64,000 bases of DNA, taken from assembly GCA_030704615.1 (NCBI GenBank), contig CM060732.1:59272001-59336000 (forward strand). Reading direction: 5' to 3'. Shown piece after piece: positions 49,353 to 62,480 of this stretch. Below the pieces are notes generated by a model that was given only the letters and a program-made list of their open reading frames with translations, did not search any database and was not told where the DNA came from. Made by a program: the position numbers and the translations under genes. Each line of letters begins with the position of its first letter. The stretch's first letter is position 1. The DNA comes from Takakia lepidozioides (taxonomy: Eukaryota; Plantae; Bryophyta).

Positions 49353-52300
49353 TATGCGAACACCTGTACTTCCCGCCCTGGTCATACACGCTCGGCTTAG
49401 CGACAAGTGCTCCATACTCCGTTGGTATCAGTGGCGCAGCCTATGACTGTTTTTGTGTTTTAACATGCAAATCGTGCTGCAATGGTTTGTCATGGATACC
49501 ATTGTATCCCTTCAACTTATTGGCATTGACTCTTCCCAACATTTCTTTGTTAATGGTTTGTAACATGGCGGTGTTATTATCATACATCTTCTGTATGACA
49601 TAAGGTCATTTCCATTGTGATTTAAGCTTAGAAGCTTTAATCTTCCCCTTCTTCTGCAACCATAGTACCAAATCTCCCGTCTTAAAAGTCTTTAATTTAC
49701 CTTCATCAAACTGATCCTTCATCTTCATCTGAATTCTGGTCATGTTATCAGCTGCATCAGCACGTACTTCTTCCACATGGTATAATTCATGTTTCCTGAC
49801 CTTAATTGAATCTTCCAATTCCATTCTTCTTCCCCATTCAGTTCTCATGGTAGGTAACAAGAATTCCACTGGAAGTAAAGCTTCCATACCATAAACTAAT
49901 TGGAATGGTGTATACTTAGTGGTGACTTTATATGAAGTCTTGTATGACCACAAAGTTGTCAGCAGCTTTGTATCCCAATCTGTTATGTTTGCATTGACTA
50001 TCTTAGCCAAGATAGTACATAGTATTTTGTTGGTAGCCTCTGCCTGCCCATTACCCTGTGGGTAATAAGTTGTACTCTTCCTATGCACAATCATGAACTC
50101 TTTAGTCAATAGTTCTATGGTCTCATTAATGAAGTGACTTCCCTGGTCACTGATAGATTCCAGGGGACAGCCAAATCGTGTAAGTATGTTCTCATACAAG
50201 AACCTTGCTGTGGACTTAGTTGTGTTGTCCATCAGAGCTTTAGCTTCCACCCACTTTGTAGTATAATCAGTGGCTGTGATTATATACTTGTTCTGTGTAT
50301 TCTTGGCTGGTGGGTTAATTGGTCCAACAAAGTCTAGTCCCCATTTCTGAAATGGTTCAGTAGGCATCGTAGGATGCAAAGCCATCTTCCCATATCTCTA
50401 CAATGGTCCTAGCCTCTGACACTTGTCACAACTCTTCCAATACTTGTGTACATCTTTGAACAAAGTAGGCCACCAGTAACCTGCAAGTAGTATCTTTCTA
50501 CTGGTAGTCTCTTCCCCAAAATGACCTCCAGCCACTCCTTTATGAACTTCCTCCAAAACTTTATTTACTTCATGGTGATACAAGCATCGTTTAAGTACTC
50601 CATCAGGTCCTAGCTTATACATTCTGCCCCCTACCATAGTATAAGGTAAAGCCTTGATAGTGATTCTCTTCCTCTGCTCCTTTCCATAACTAGGTGGGCA
50701 CTGACCATGAGTAAGGTAGTATCTGATTGGCCACTGCCAATCTAACCAGTCATCTGCACTTCCCTGCGCCTCCACCGCAAATAAACTCGCATCAGGTAAT
50801 TGGTCATCTACTCCTATGGCGGGCTCTCCTGTTGATAGGCGTGACAAGTGATCTGCCATAAGATGCAAACGGCCAGGCTTGTAAACAACTTCGAACTCAA
50901 ACTCGTGCAAGATTATTAACCACCTTGCTATCCTTCCACTTATCAAAGGTTTGTTCACCAGATATATCAGAGCCTGGTGATCCACATAAAACATAAACTT
51001 TCTTCCCAATAGGTAATGCTTGAATTTCTTGACTACATAAATCATTGCCAGTGCTTCTCTTTCAGTTGTGCTATAGTTCCTTTCAGCACTATTCATCAAC
51101 CTGCTAGCATAGTACACAGGTGAATCTATATTTCCTGTAACATTTTGGGCTAACACTGCTCCCAACGCTTCTCCTGAGGCATCACAGTGAACATGAAATA
51201 CTACGTGCTAGTGAGGGTTAATCAACACAGGTGTAGTTGTTACTGACAATGTAAGTTCCTCAAAAGCCTGTTGACATTCAGCTGTCCATGCAAACACTGC
51301 ATCTTTCTTCAGAAGCTTGCTCAATGATGCTGCTATTTCTCCCTCTCTTTCTTCATAGAAATGTGGTGGGTAACTGCTTGTTTCACCCTCAATTGGTGTT
51401 GCTGTCACTACACCACAACAGATACCTTTTAAACAACTTAGGCCTTCCAGTTGCATCTCTGCAACCTGCTCCCACTCTGGGTGTGCAGCGAACAGGGTAG
51501 CTTCCTGCTCCTCATCAAGTCATCCCCTCCAGTCATACTCCCTGACCCCTCGTGGCCTTCTCGTAGTAGGTAGTCTACTAGATTTCTTAGTGGTGATTTG
51601 TATCTTGTGCATCCCATCATGCACAGTTAGTAACTGGGAATTCCAGTCATGGAATACCCTAGCATGTTTCAGCCACGGTCGACCCATCAATGAGGAGTAA
51701 GCTTCCATGACTTCATCCATTTTCAACAGAGTTACTGTGATCATAAAGATCATGTTTTGAATCTGTATCTTAACTCCTCTTATCAATCCCAATGGTTGTA
51801 CACTTCTTTGATCTGCCATTGTTACTGTAAATGGGGCTGGTTTCATGTTACTTAGACCAAGCTTCTGCCTTAATTGGTCTGTCATGATATTCACTCCAGA
51901 GCCTCCATCTATCAGTACATCAGTTAGTTCTGTGCTTCCAATTCTCAATTGGATTACTGGCATAGAATCATCAAAGTCCATGACTGTTTCTCGCCCTTCC
52001 GGCTTCACACTATAACTGGTCACCTTGCTGTTCAGGTCTGTGTTCCCTGTCACATGTGCAATTCGATTGATTGCTTGATACAGCCTGTGTCTACAATAAG
52101 GTGCCACAGCCAATAGCTGTCCAATGGTAATCTCCGCTTTGGACTGGCATGTTACTTCAGCCAAAGTCCCTTCATTACTCTGCATTTCTGAAGCTTCTTT
52201 CTTCCCTTCATCCTCACTCACTTCCTCTTCTCTTTCAGAATTAGAGGAATCTGCCATAGGAATATCAGTACTCTTCTGCATTTCCTTTATGGTATCTGCC

Positions 52301-54744
52301 ACTTCCTTGTGCAGTTCCTTCTCATCTCTCCAAGCCTCATCATCTTCAAGCACATCACTGCCATCTTCATTATCATCACCTTCCTCATCTACTGGAGGTA
52401 TTATTTTGGCTTTGCTTCTGGTTACTATCATTGTACTTACTTCTGGTACAACACATGGCCTAACCATGTGAGCTGCCACCACTGGCCCCTCATTCACAGA
52501 AGCTCTAATCTCATTCTAGTGTCTGATCCAGAATGGACGCTGCCTTGCAATGTCCTGCCTGATTACAATAGTAACACAGTTCTTCCCCGTTAGGTCCTCG
52601 CCCTTGGTCTGTTCTGGGATTGTTTCTGTAATCCTGATTCCCTGGCTGGTAATTCCCCCTTGGATTACCCTGATAGTTGCCTCTGGAATTTCCTTGGTAA
52701 TTCCCTCTTGGATTACCTCTCCCTTCCATGCCATTGTTATAACCACCAGGCCTACCATAGTGGTCCTGATCACTGTTTCTTCTTGGCTGGGGCTGCACTT
52801 GATGCACCCTTACTTGCCTAGGTTCTCTTGCTGCTGTCCTTTTGTTGTAGTAACAATTCTCAGTAGAATGGTTATCCATTTTACAGATAGTACAGTGTTT
52901 CTCCTTTATGTGGCATTCAGTGGTGGTATGGCCTTCATTTTGGCATTTTGCACACCAAACGCCCTTCCTCCAATGTGTTGCAGCCTCTGTGGCATATTTC
53001 TTCAAGATTTCTTCTAATCTTTTCTCATAATTATCCCTCTTCAACTTTTCCTTCCTCTTACTCTTCCTCTTAAGCTCTTGCTCTTCTTCCTCATCTGACT
53101 CATCCTCAGAGTCCTCATCATCCATTTTCTCCTCCTGAGCATTCCCAACTGCTCAATTATGTACGCTATTTCAAATGCCCTCCACTGTATTATGGGGTAA
53201 CATATCCACTTTCTTTTGCAACTCTGGTCTTAGTCCACTCACAAACCAAGTCTTCTATAAACCTGGTGCTGGTACAGCAGCCAGCTTTTTCATCATCAAT
53301 TCCATCTTTTCCATATACTCCTCAACAGTTTCATGCTTCTTGCTTTAACTGTTGTAAACTTCCATACACTTCATCCTCAGTTTACTTGTCCTGAACCTAT
53401 TTCGGAATGTTGTATTCAAGCCATTCCAGGTTAGAAAATGATTATCAGGGAATCTTGCATACCATTCACTTGTTTTTTCTTTATAAGTGAACAAGGAAAC
53501 AGTCTCATCTTGGCATCATTGCCATTCTCATTGTTCACAATACACATGTGCTCAAATTGGCTAATGTGTACATCATGATCCCCTTTTCCTGAATATATTG
53601 GAAAAGGTGGTTTTGCCCGTGTTGGTTGTAACGCCATCTGTGGCCCTACCCCCTGCCCAGTGACAGGTGCTGGTCCCCTTGCTAGTGGTGGTCCTTGAGG
53701 ACCTGTGGTAGTTGTGGTGGAACTTCCACCAAGTGCTGGCCCCTGAGCACTCCCTGCTACTGGCCCCACTATATTCACAGTATTCCCAGCTCCAGTTGCA
53801 CTACTTCCCACACTCCCTGTCCCCCCAGAGCCAGATCCAGGCTGCCCGCGTGATCCCCTTGAGCCGACAGCTTCGTTGGCCTGTGATCCAAGTGCTCCAC
53901 TTGATCCAGGTCCAACGGGTTGGGATGTCCTGGTTGTAGTCTCAACCTCAGCTGTTGGATCTACTTCTTCATACTCTTCCTCTTCCAATTTCTTCTCTCT
54001 GTTTTCATCTTCCAAGTTCTGCCCTTGGGTTTCTTCTTCTTCACTCATGTAACTCAATTGCAATGGTGTTGGAGAGTCTGAACTCTCCATTGGCTCTGCC
54101 ACATCCTCTCCTCCTTCTTCGTCTTCCGTTTCAGAAACTGGAGTTCCTGCTTTTGGTGTTCCATGCCAACTCTTATCAAAGATTTCTGTCAAATCATGCC
54201 TATGCCATGGTGTCTCTATTCTACCCTACTGTATAATTTTACAGCTTGCATGAACTAAGCCTCATTCAAGTCATCATCTCCTCTTCACTGTTTCCGCTCT
54301 CGGTTACGTCTCTTCCTCTCCTGAACAAGTCGCCCCACTCCAGAAGTGATCCCCTTCATGTTGTCACTCTGCCTAATCTACCCGCAAGCTATTCTAACCA
54401 CCTAACTAACTAACCGTTACCCCTGAAGTAACACGTTCCCTCTGCAGATGTCGTTCCCACATAGTCGTTCCTTGTCAATGATAACTGTTCCCCATGTACT
54501 GTGACAAGCTGTGTCAAGCTTTGACTGGCTGTGTAAAGCTGTGTCGGAATGTGACTGGCTGTGCGAAGCTATGTCGGGCTATGTGAAGCTGTGTCTGGCT
54601 GTGATAGACTGTGACGGGCTGTGTAACCCCCCTAAAGCCTGCTCCTGCCACCCCTAAGGCTCATGTTGGTCTCAGTCTGCGCAAAAATTAAGGGTACCCC
54701 ACAGAACCCGTAAAAGCGTTTAAGTCCCAAGCAGCCCTCTAACA

Positions 54745-57207
54745 ACCACCCACAAGTGCACCAATGGCTTTGTGGATGAGCTTCTTGGATTGTTGCGCAA
54801 AAGTTTTTTGTCGAAACAAAATTCTCTGCCGAAAACTAATTATGAAGCTAGAACTATGATTGCGAAGATGGGATTGCAGTACACCCAGATCCATGCCTGC
54901 GAGAAAGGCTGTGTACTCTTCCGTGGGGAGAATGAAAAGCAGAATTTTTCCCGGAGTGCAAGACGTCGCGTTACATTCCTGGTCGTGGGACTGTAACCAG
55001 AAAAATACTACGACATTTCCCTGTCATCCCAAGGTTGAAACGCATGTATCGATGCAAATCAATCGTGCACCTTATGACATGACACTTCAGACATAAGAGT
55101 CAGGATGGATTGGTTCGACATCCAGCTGATAACAAAGCCTGGGCCCACGTTGACTCCACATTTGCGGATTTTGCTTCAGAACCACGAAATGTACGATTTG
55201 GATTAGCCTTAGATGGAGTAAATCCATACAGTGCTCAATCCACGAGTTGGAGCACATGGCCCATCCTGTTGGTCAACTATAATTTGCCTCCATGGTTGAT
55301 GACAAAGAAGTTTTTCGTCATGTTAGCACTCCTTATCCCTGGAAATGAGTCTGTTACATCTGCGAACATTGATGTGTATTTGATGCCCCTAGTAGAGGAA
55401 CTACAGGAATTGTGGAGAGGCATCATAGCTTATGATGTTTCCCAAGCTCTCCAACAACGCCAATTCTTGCTACGGGCATTGCTGCTATGGTCAATCCATG
55501 ATTACCCTGCATATGGCTTGCTCGCGGGTCAGGTTACTAAAGGTTATGTTGGTTGTCCAGCCTCCACAAACGCATACGGGAACACAAATAAAGAAACGTG
55601 CAATTGACCTGATTGCATGGATAGCAGTAGGGGGGAAACCAGATACGCCATCAGACCCTTCCAAATCTCACGGAGTGAAGCGATTATCAATCTTATATGC
55701 CTTGCCTTACTAGGAGGGCCTCCTCATACGACATACGTTTGATGCTATGCATTGCGAGAAGAACTTTGCAGAGAATATCATTAAGACTATTTTTGGGGAG
55801 AAAGATACATTGAAGGTTCGGCGTGATCTTGAATTACTTAGGCTGCGTCCATCATTGTGGTTGCAACGACATCCAGACAGGGCAGATACGTTAATCATGC
55901 CTCCTGCTCCTTATGTTCTGACTGAAGCTAAGTTGAAAGTTTTCTTGGACACAGGTTACGCGTCAGCTTTCAAAAAACATGTGGTAAAGAAAAAACTATC
56001 TGGCATGAAAGCACATGATTACCATGTGTTCATGCACCAAATTTTGCCACTGGCTATTCATGGGCTCATGGCAACAACTGTGCGCACTACAATTTTGCGA
56101 GTATGTCGTGTATTTAGGAGGTTGTGTGCAAAAGTAGTGAATCCTGCAGAGTATGAGGAGTTGAAACATTAAGCAGTTGTTACTCTCTGTCTAATGGAGA
56201 AAGAGTTCCCACCATTATTTTTTGATGTGATGACTCATCTGCTTGTCCACCTAGTGGACGAGTTCGATTTATGTGGTCTTGTGGCATCACGTTGGATGTA
56301 CCCCATGGAGCAGGCAATGAAAGAAATGAAGGGGTACGTCCGGAACATGGAAAAACCCGAGGGCAACATGGCTCAAGGATACATTTTTGATGAAGCTCTA
56401 GGATTTTGCATGGAGTATATGGCAGGATATGATGGAACTGCACGAAGGGTGTGGGATGCAGACGAGGAAGAATCTATGGCCGGCGTAGTTTTGGAAGGAG
56501 CCGACAAACCTCGGAAATTGGGTGACTTGCATGCTATTGTACATGATTACATCATTCAAAATCATCCAAGCATATCCGATATGTTGAAGTAAGTCCACAC
56601 CCTTTCAGATCTGAATATTTTGTTGATTTGATCTTTTTGTACTGCCCCATGCTTAGTCTGTGTTGGCTAAATAGCCTCGACATTTTGTGCCAGGAAATAT
56701 GAAGGGGAGTCCACACAAATGGATGATTGTCCTCCATTTGCTGCTTGGCTGCCAAATGCTGTACGGGAACATCTATCTGGAATTCAAGAACATGTGCTTG
56801 AAGATGGCGTACGACATGAATTACTGGATCTTTCAAGACCCCCATCATATTATGCCTTGACATACAAGAGTATGTCAGGATATGGCAACCATTACAGGGC
56901 TACATCCCCAGGCATGAACACATCTAGTATGGCATCCTTTGATTGTGGAGTCTCATCAGTTTTCAAGCATGAGACGGAATCTGTACGGTATGTGGGTTTT
57001 ATCGGGGAGATTTTGCAGATTGACTATGGCACTACACGGCCGGTAGTGTTTTTGTGCTCCTGGGTACGGGCCCAAAATGTGGGTCGTCAACCCAGATCAA
57101 TGAAGGAAGATGATTGTGGCTTCACGTTGGTCAATTTCAATCAAATGTTACCACCCTCTGAACAGCCTTTTGTATCGCCAGTACAGGTTGATCAAGTCTT
57201 TTTCTAA
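54745..57207 (+). pseudogene. CACTA/En-Spm TNP2-type transposase (Transposase_21, DUF4218, DUF4216), disrupted
   Basis: RHPADNKAW, RNVRFGLALDGVNPY, YNLPPW, IHDYPAYG, MHCEKN, MKAHDYHV, MTHLLVHL, RWMYPME, QPFVSPVQVDQVFF. Confidence 0.93.
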
Positions 57208-58099
57208 TCCACTAGTAGGGCCATTTATTCATATCCAGATTGTAAAACATTGGCACCCAGAAGTTGGGAAGTTACCCAGTCTGGCACTTCACCATTCTAC
57301 ACTTCTAATATCTTCCAGTGTGCAACTATTAGCACTGATTTCATCGCTGGCAACCTGCAGTAATATCCCTATATCAAAAAAATCCCATACCCACATCCTT
57401 GGGCCTTTGTCTAGCTTCAACTACAACGACATATTGCCACATTTGGCATACATCTACGCTAGGGCAATATCCAGACTGATATTGGTACAATTCACGCTTT
57501 GATCCTGTCAATTCTTTGCCTCTTTGTAGAGTTGTAGACGGGGTGGCATGCATAGCAATATCCTGCAAACCTGGCCCTGTGCATCTTCACCCCTTCTACC
57601 ACTCTGAATCGCTCGCATCTGCTGTCGCCATTGAGTGGTCAGAATGTTGAGAGACCTGTAAGACCATCCTAGTGGAACATCAGTTGGCTTGCTCCCCACC
57701 CCCTCTCTAGCTTGAATTGAATCATAATCTTATCTAGTTTTTTTCTCTCATCTCCAGCAAAATGACCCGCTATCACATTGTTGTACTGCAATTCTGCCAA
57801 AATCTTACAATGTCAGGCTATGGCTGTCATCATAGCATCCACACCAATGTATGGATGTGTCCTTCATGAGCAACACTACCCCAAGTCTGCCTTCACCCTG
57901 CCCTAACCACAAAACGAAATTAAAGAATTCCAGTCAACTGTGACCAACATGGGAGGTTTTTGGTGGTTCAAAGCTATTTCACGAGTAAAATACTTGCACC
58001 ACTTGGTTGTGGTGGAAGACCTGCAATTATACCATATTGTAAACATCGCTTACTTGTGGTGGCAATCTTGCAATCCAATATCCACAAAGCAGACAGAAA

Positions 58100-58360
58100 T
58101 AATGACATCTGATACAATTCCAACTCTGAAGATGACGCCATGGATCTCTTTCCCATTTTCCACAGCTGCCAGGGCAGTGTTCAGATTGACATTTGGCACA
58201 ATTCCAGCTTTGATGATATCCCCATGCACCTCTTGCCCTTCTCTAGGGCTGCCAGCCTTGCACAAGCATTGCAAATGCACACAAACACGATGTGCTTCCC
58301 CCATCATTTGCTCATAGGTCTCCAAAGCCTCCATCCCACGTCCCTGTCGTGCATACCCTG
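58100..58360 (-). pseudogene. PPR fragment of the same family as 42-43 kb
   Basis: Near-identical to 42170-42410 (MEALETYEQMMGEAH...EVHGDIIKAGIVPNVNLNTAL). Confidence 0.85.
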
Positions 58361-59136
58361 GACCAAGCTGACTGTCCCAAGAACCTTGTAAACATCAACG
58401 AGGACTTAAGTGCGCAACAACAATAGGCTTAGTGGGGCTTAGTGCTTGAGGGAAAAAAAAATCGCATTGGTCCATGAGAACCACCATGGTGCAGCTAAGC
58501 GAGCAGAGATTGAAACACGACCTGCTAAGACCAAGCTGACTCTCCCAAGAACCTTGTAAACATCAGGAAGAATACCAAATCATGGTACTAACAGGAGCCA
58601 AAAGCCCACATTTGCAGGATGGACAAACTTCTTCACATCCTACATCAAGAAAAAGCCACACCTTGTGATTGCGATTGTCCCACCATCATGAAGGATCTAT
58701 AAAATACTCATGCAAGCTCTGCTCTGTGCTGCAAATTCAGGGCCGAGTCTGATGAGAGGGCAAAACAGGCTGAAATAGGTCGAAGAAGAAGGTGCCCTCA
58801 CCACATTGTCGTCGACCTTGTGTCATGACCCATGGAGGATTTGACAGACCATGAACCCAAACGGACCTCTTGTGTGTGCTGCTTGTGTCTGTAGTCAGGT
58901 AATGTCAGATTGTCCATGAGAACCACCACAGTGCAGCATCGCAAGCAGAGATTGAAACGCAACCTGCTAAGACCAACCTGCACGAGGACTTAGTGTGCAC
59001 AACAATGATAGGGCTTAGTGGGGCTTAGTGGGGCTTAGTGCATGAAAAAAAACAACATAAGGAGTTTGGACCCGCGACCCCGCGACACGTAGGAAGAGCC
59101 CTTACCATATATCCCCCGTAGATCATAAGAATTTAC

Positions 59137-59404
59137 CTCCATTCAGCCATAGGACCAGAGGCTTCGATGCTGATTCATCACTAGAACACTCGGCGAAAAA
59201 GTAGAAGAGCTCCATTCCGCTGATCTCATTGACTGTGACATACCCAGCATACTGCTTGAAACTTTCTGCATTATATGGCTGCCTTGGGAGTTCCAAAACC
59301 CTGTCCGCTTCCTGCTGATCGGCTACTAGCATGGAGATAGAAGTTGGAATAGCTGCTGTAAGTAGCAACATCAGAAGGAACGTCGACAGAAAGCTGTACT
59401 CCAT
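59137..59404 (-). pseudogene. Serine carboxypeptidase-like (S10) first exon
   Basis: Hydrophobic signal peptide, then [39 protein letters not shown], phase-1 GTAAAT donor; GPGCSS exon not found. Confidence 0.85.
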
Positions 59405-60369
59405 GGTGTTGCTAATTACCAATTGATCTAAGAAGTATTAGTAATGAGACTCTACGTAGACTTTACCATCCAGCTTACCCACACAAGCTAATGAGAATGA
59501 CGCACAGACTTGACCAAGCTGTCATGGCAAGCCTATGGCATATCAGGAAAAGCAAAGCATTAGAGAGGTGAGTTCAAACAGTCGTGCAATCAGTTTTCAG
59601 TCCACTGAGCTAGTAAGGAAGTGCCCAGTATACGACTTCTGTGTCACACATTAGTGGAAAAATAAACCAACACCAACTTTCACATCCCTCATCCCATTAG
59701 AGCTTTGCCAACTTCACTGCCTCCCTGGAATCCCCTCCCCCCCCGTGAAAAAGCAAGTATAAAGCAAATTCTCATAGACATGTTTACCAGTGATATATGT
59801 CTCGCTGGTAGTCGTTGAGAAACAAGGCTCTTAAGCTTTGCCCACAAACTCAACATCAAATATGAGTGTTGAATTGGGGGGTATGACACACAACCCTGCA
59901 ATCCAACAACTTCTCACGGTTTAGAAAAGATCTTTCAAAAATGAAGAGAAGGAAGAGATTGAAAGAAAACTATGTGGTTCAGGGTTGGATTAAATGGGGT
60001 AGCTTGGCATCAGATGGGCCTTGGGTTGCTACCTACAGTGAAACAGAGAATATGGCATGCTACTGGAGGCATATCAATCGCATATCAATCCTCCTTGTCC
60101 ACAAGTGACAGCCCTCTAGAGCTGGCACCAGCAACAATCCATATTTTTCATCTAGGCCATCATCATAAGTAAATTTGCCCCTACCTCTCTTGACATAAGA
60201 TGCCTCTATTCTCACTGTGGAATTAGAACGGGAGAACCATGCATTGGTATGAACAGACTCTTACATGGCAAAAACCCTCGACAAACGGGGAGAGAGGAGA
60301 AGAAAATGGAGGTACCGCCGCCCTCGGTAGTTGGTGGTTTTTTGGGGAAATGACATAGTGAATGCCTAT

Positions 60370-60642
60370 AATTACTTGTAGGGCCTCCTTCCTATGACAA
60401 CCATGCTGGGCATATCCTGCGATCATTGCATTCCAAGACACCACATCTTGTTCGGCCATATCATGGAACACTCCCTTGTCATCCTTGATGCTACCACATT
60501 CAAAATACATGTCCACCCAGGTAGAGTTTAGAACAAATACCTCTCGTACTATTCCCATTTTGAGGCTGTCCAATTTAAGGGCTACCAAGCTCGCACATTC
60601 ATTGCAAACGCAACCAATTGTGACCTTGTCCGGCTTCAACAT
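60370..60642 (-). pseudogene. PLS-PPR fragment
   Basis: KPDKVT..VCNECASL, VDMYFECGSI, DVVSWNAMIAGYAQHG. Confidence 0.8.
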
Positions 60643-61337
60643 CACTAAAAGAACTCGTTGTATAGTCGAATACCAATGTCATGAAGGGGGGAATGTATCA
60701 AATTGTACACTTGAAGACTGCAAACAGGGACGACGATTACAAGTAAATTCGAAGTCCGCAAACTGCATGACTCAATGAAGTATGCTACTTACTACTTCGT
60801 GATATTTGCCCACGCCACTACATAGTGAAACTGCAAACTGCTTCGAGCTCCAGGTCCAATATTTTGCCAATATCAAATGGACACATGTTCACATAGTACA
60901 AGTGCTTCGTTAAAGATAGATGGATGAGGTCATCCAATGGATAAACCCATTCATGTATATGCCTTAAGATGCCACGTGTAGTGATGTAATCATAGAAACA
61001 TAGATGTGAAATCTCCAGTAGTCATGTAGTCATAAGCTTATATGGCATGTCATCAATGTGTAGTAGTGATGTAGTCATTTAGTCATAAGCTTATGTGGCA
61101 CGTGTCTGACGTGTAGTATTGCGTATGACTACTAGTTATATAAACCAAGCCTATGTTCTTGGTCAACACTGTTTGACCGCGGCTCCTAGTCATGTAGTAA
61201 AACGTATGACTACATTAGATTAAAATATATTAAAATTCGCCCAACAATGGGTTTCATCACTTCGTAGTCACACATATAGTAATGATTACCAAGGTTTATA
61301 TCATCTGTAGTCATAAAAACGTTAATCTGTAGTAGTG
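60643..61337. mobile_element. Short CACTA-like non-autonomous element or fused CACTA ends
   Basis: Starts CACTAAAAGAA, ends TGTAGTAGTG, many TGTAGTCAT/ATGACTAC subterminal repeats; TIRs match only over CACTA and no TSD. Confidence 0.5.
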
Positions 61338-61760
61338 ATGGGAACGACTGGCCTACGAAACGAAATGGAAAAGCGGTCCGTCGTGTTGAGGCAGGTCCCG
61401 AAAATGAGTGCAAAATTGAGTCAGCAAGAAACCTGCAGTGTCGGGTGACCCAAGTTGTCAATGTCCCCCCTCCAGGCTATGGTCGGGTACAGTATGGTGA
61501 CATTGGGTTCTGTTGTTCACGACAGGACTTATGAGGTAACTGTTGGCAATTTTCCAAATTGCACATGCCCGGACTTCCAGAACACTTTATCAAGCTCTAT
61601 TGGAAAGAAACCCAAATTTGTCCTGTGCAAACACCTATACTATATCTACATTCACAGGATGTTTTGTGATCCTCACCAAGACACGTGCATTCACCAGTGT
61701 ACAATGGGTCCCACTGACGTTCATACACTTTTGCAGCGTGATAGGATTACTGAAATGTGA
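61338..61760 (+). pseudogene. SWIM zinc-finger protein C-terminal fragment
   Basis: YEVTVGNFPNCTCPDF...FVLCKHLYYIYIHRMFC...IHQCT, alignable with 2242-2946. Confidence 0.8.
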
Positions 61761-61888
61761 GGTGTTCAGAAGGAGTTGGATTCTTTGACAATGACTCCAC
61801 TTTGTTCAATGTAATCTTTTCAACATGTTCCATTTCTGTTTTGGCTAAATCTGTTTCGGTTAGTTTGTATTGAGGTTGGTGGTTATCC

Positions 61889-62480
61889 AATTAAGATGTC
61901 GTTGACGACACCTTAATCCACCCACCTGCACACGCACTGCCTTCGTACCTTTGTTGGATTCATATTTTTTTGGTTATTTGGGTTTTTCGATGAATTGACA
62001 TGTCGCAAAAGGTGGTGGAAAATAAGATGTCGTTGACAACACCTTAATACCTCCAACCTGCACACGCACCGCCATGAAAGTTTTGTTCAGGTGGTCGGAA
62101 TTAAGATGTCATTGACGACATCTTAATCCCCCCGACCTACACACGCACCGCCTTGAAAATTCTGTTGAGGTTGTTGGAATTAAGATGTCGTTGACGACAC
62201 CTTAATCCCCCCTGCCTTCAAAGTTTTGTTGGATTTCTGTTTTTTCCATTTTTGGGCCATAATCTGAAAAGACATGTGGCAGCAGTTGGTGGGATTTAAG
62301 ATGTCGTTGACGACACCCTAATCCCCGCGACCTGCACACGTATCGGCTTGAAAGTTTTGTTGGATTCAAATTTTCTGGTTTTTTGGAATTTTTCATGAAA
62401 TGTTTGTGGCAAGAGGAGGTGGGAATTAAGATGTCGTTGACGACACCTTAATCCCCCCCCACCTGGACACACACCGCCTT
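61889..62480. repeat. Six hairpin repeats AATTAAGATGTCGTTGACGACACCTTAAT
   Basis: Copies at ~61889, 62020, 62099, 62178, 62294, 62424, most followed by CCTGCACACGCACCGCC. Confidence 0.95.

Larger units (their letters stand above)
47221..54744 (-). mobile_element. Rearranged Ty3/Gypsy family A copy 3 (RT, PBS/5' region and accessory ORFs deleted)
   Basis: Partial LTRs 47221-47932 and ~54200-54744; INT 49606-50385, RH 50398-51165, PR 51520-52497, gag 52511-54192, colinear with copy 2; flanks AAGAT/ACCAC are not a TSD. Confidence 0.92.

Noticed and set aside
48754-49400. AYHSPSQRDT and VMGCDRLCH repeat proteins
   Set aside because: Translations of the 30-bp tandem array
46640-61337. One large CACTA element from CACTACTG (46640) to GTAGTAGTG (61337)
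   Set aside because: TIRs diverge beyond the first ~10 bases, 3-bp flanks differ (ACT vs ATG) and subterminal repeats are unrelated
61889-62480. CRISPR array or bacterial contamination
   Set aside because: Linkers are homologous to each other and of uneven length; flanks are plant TE sequence
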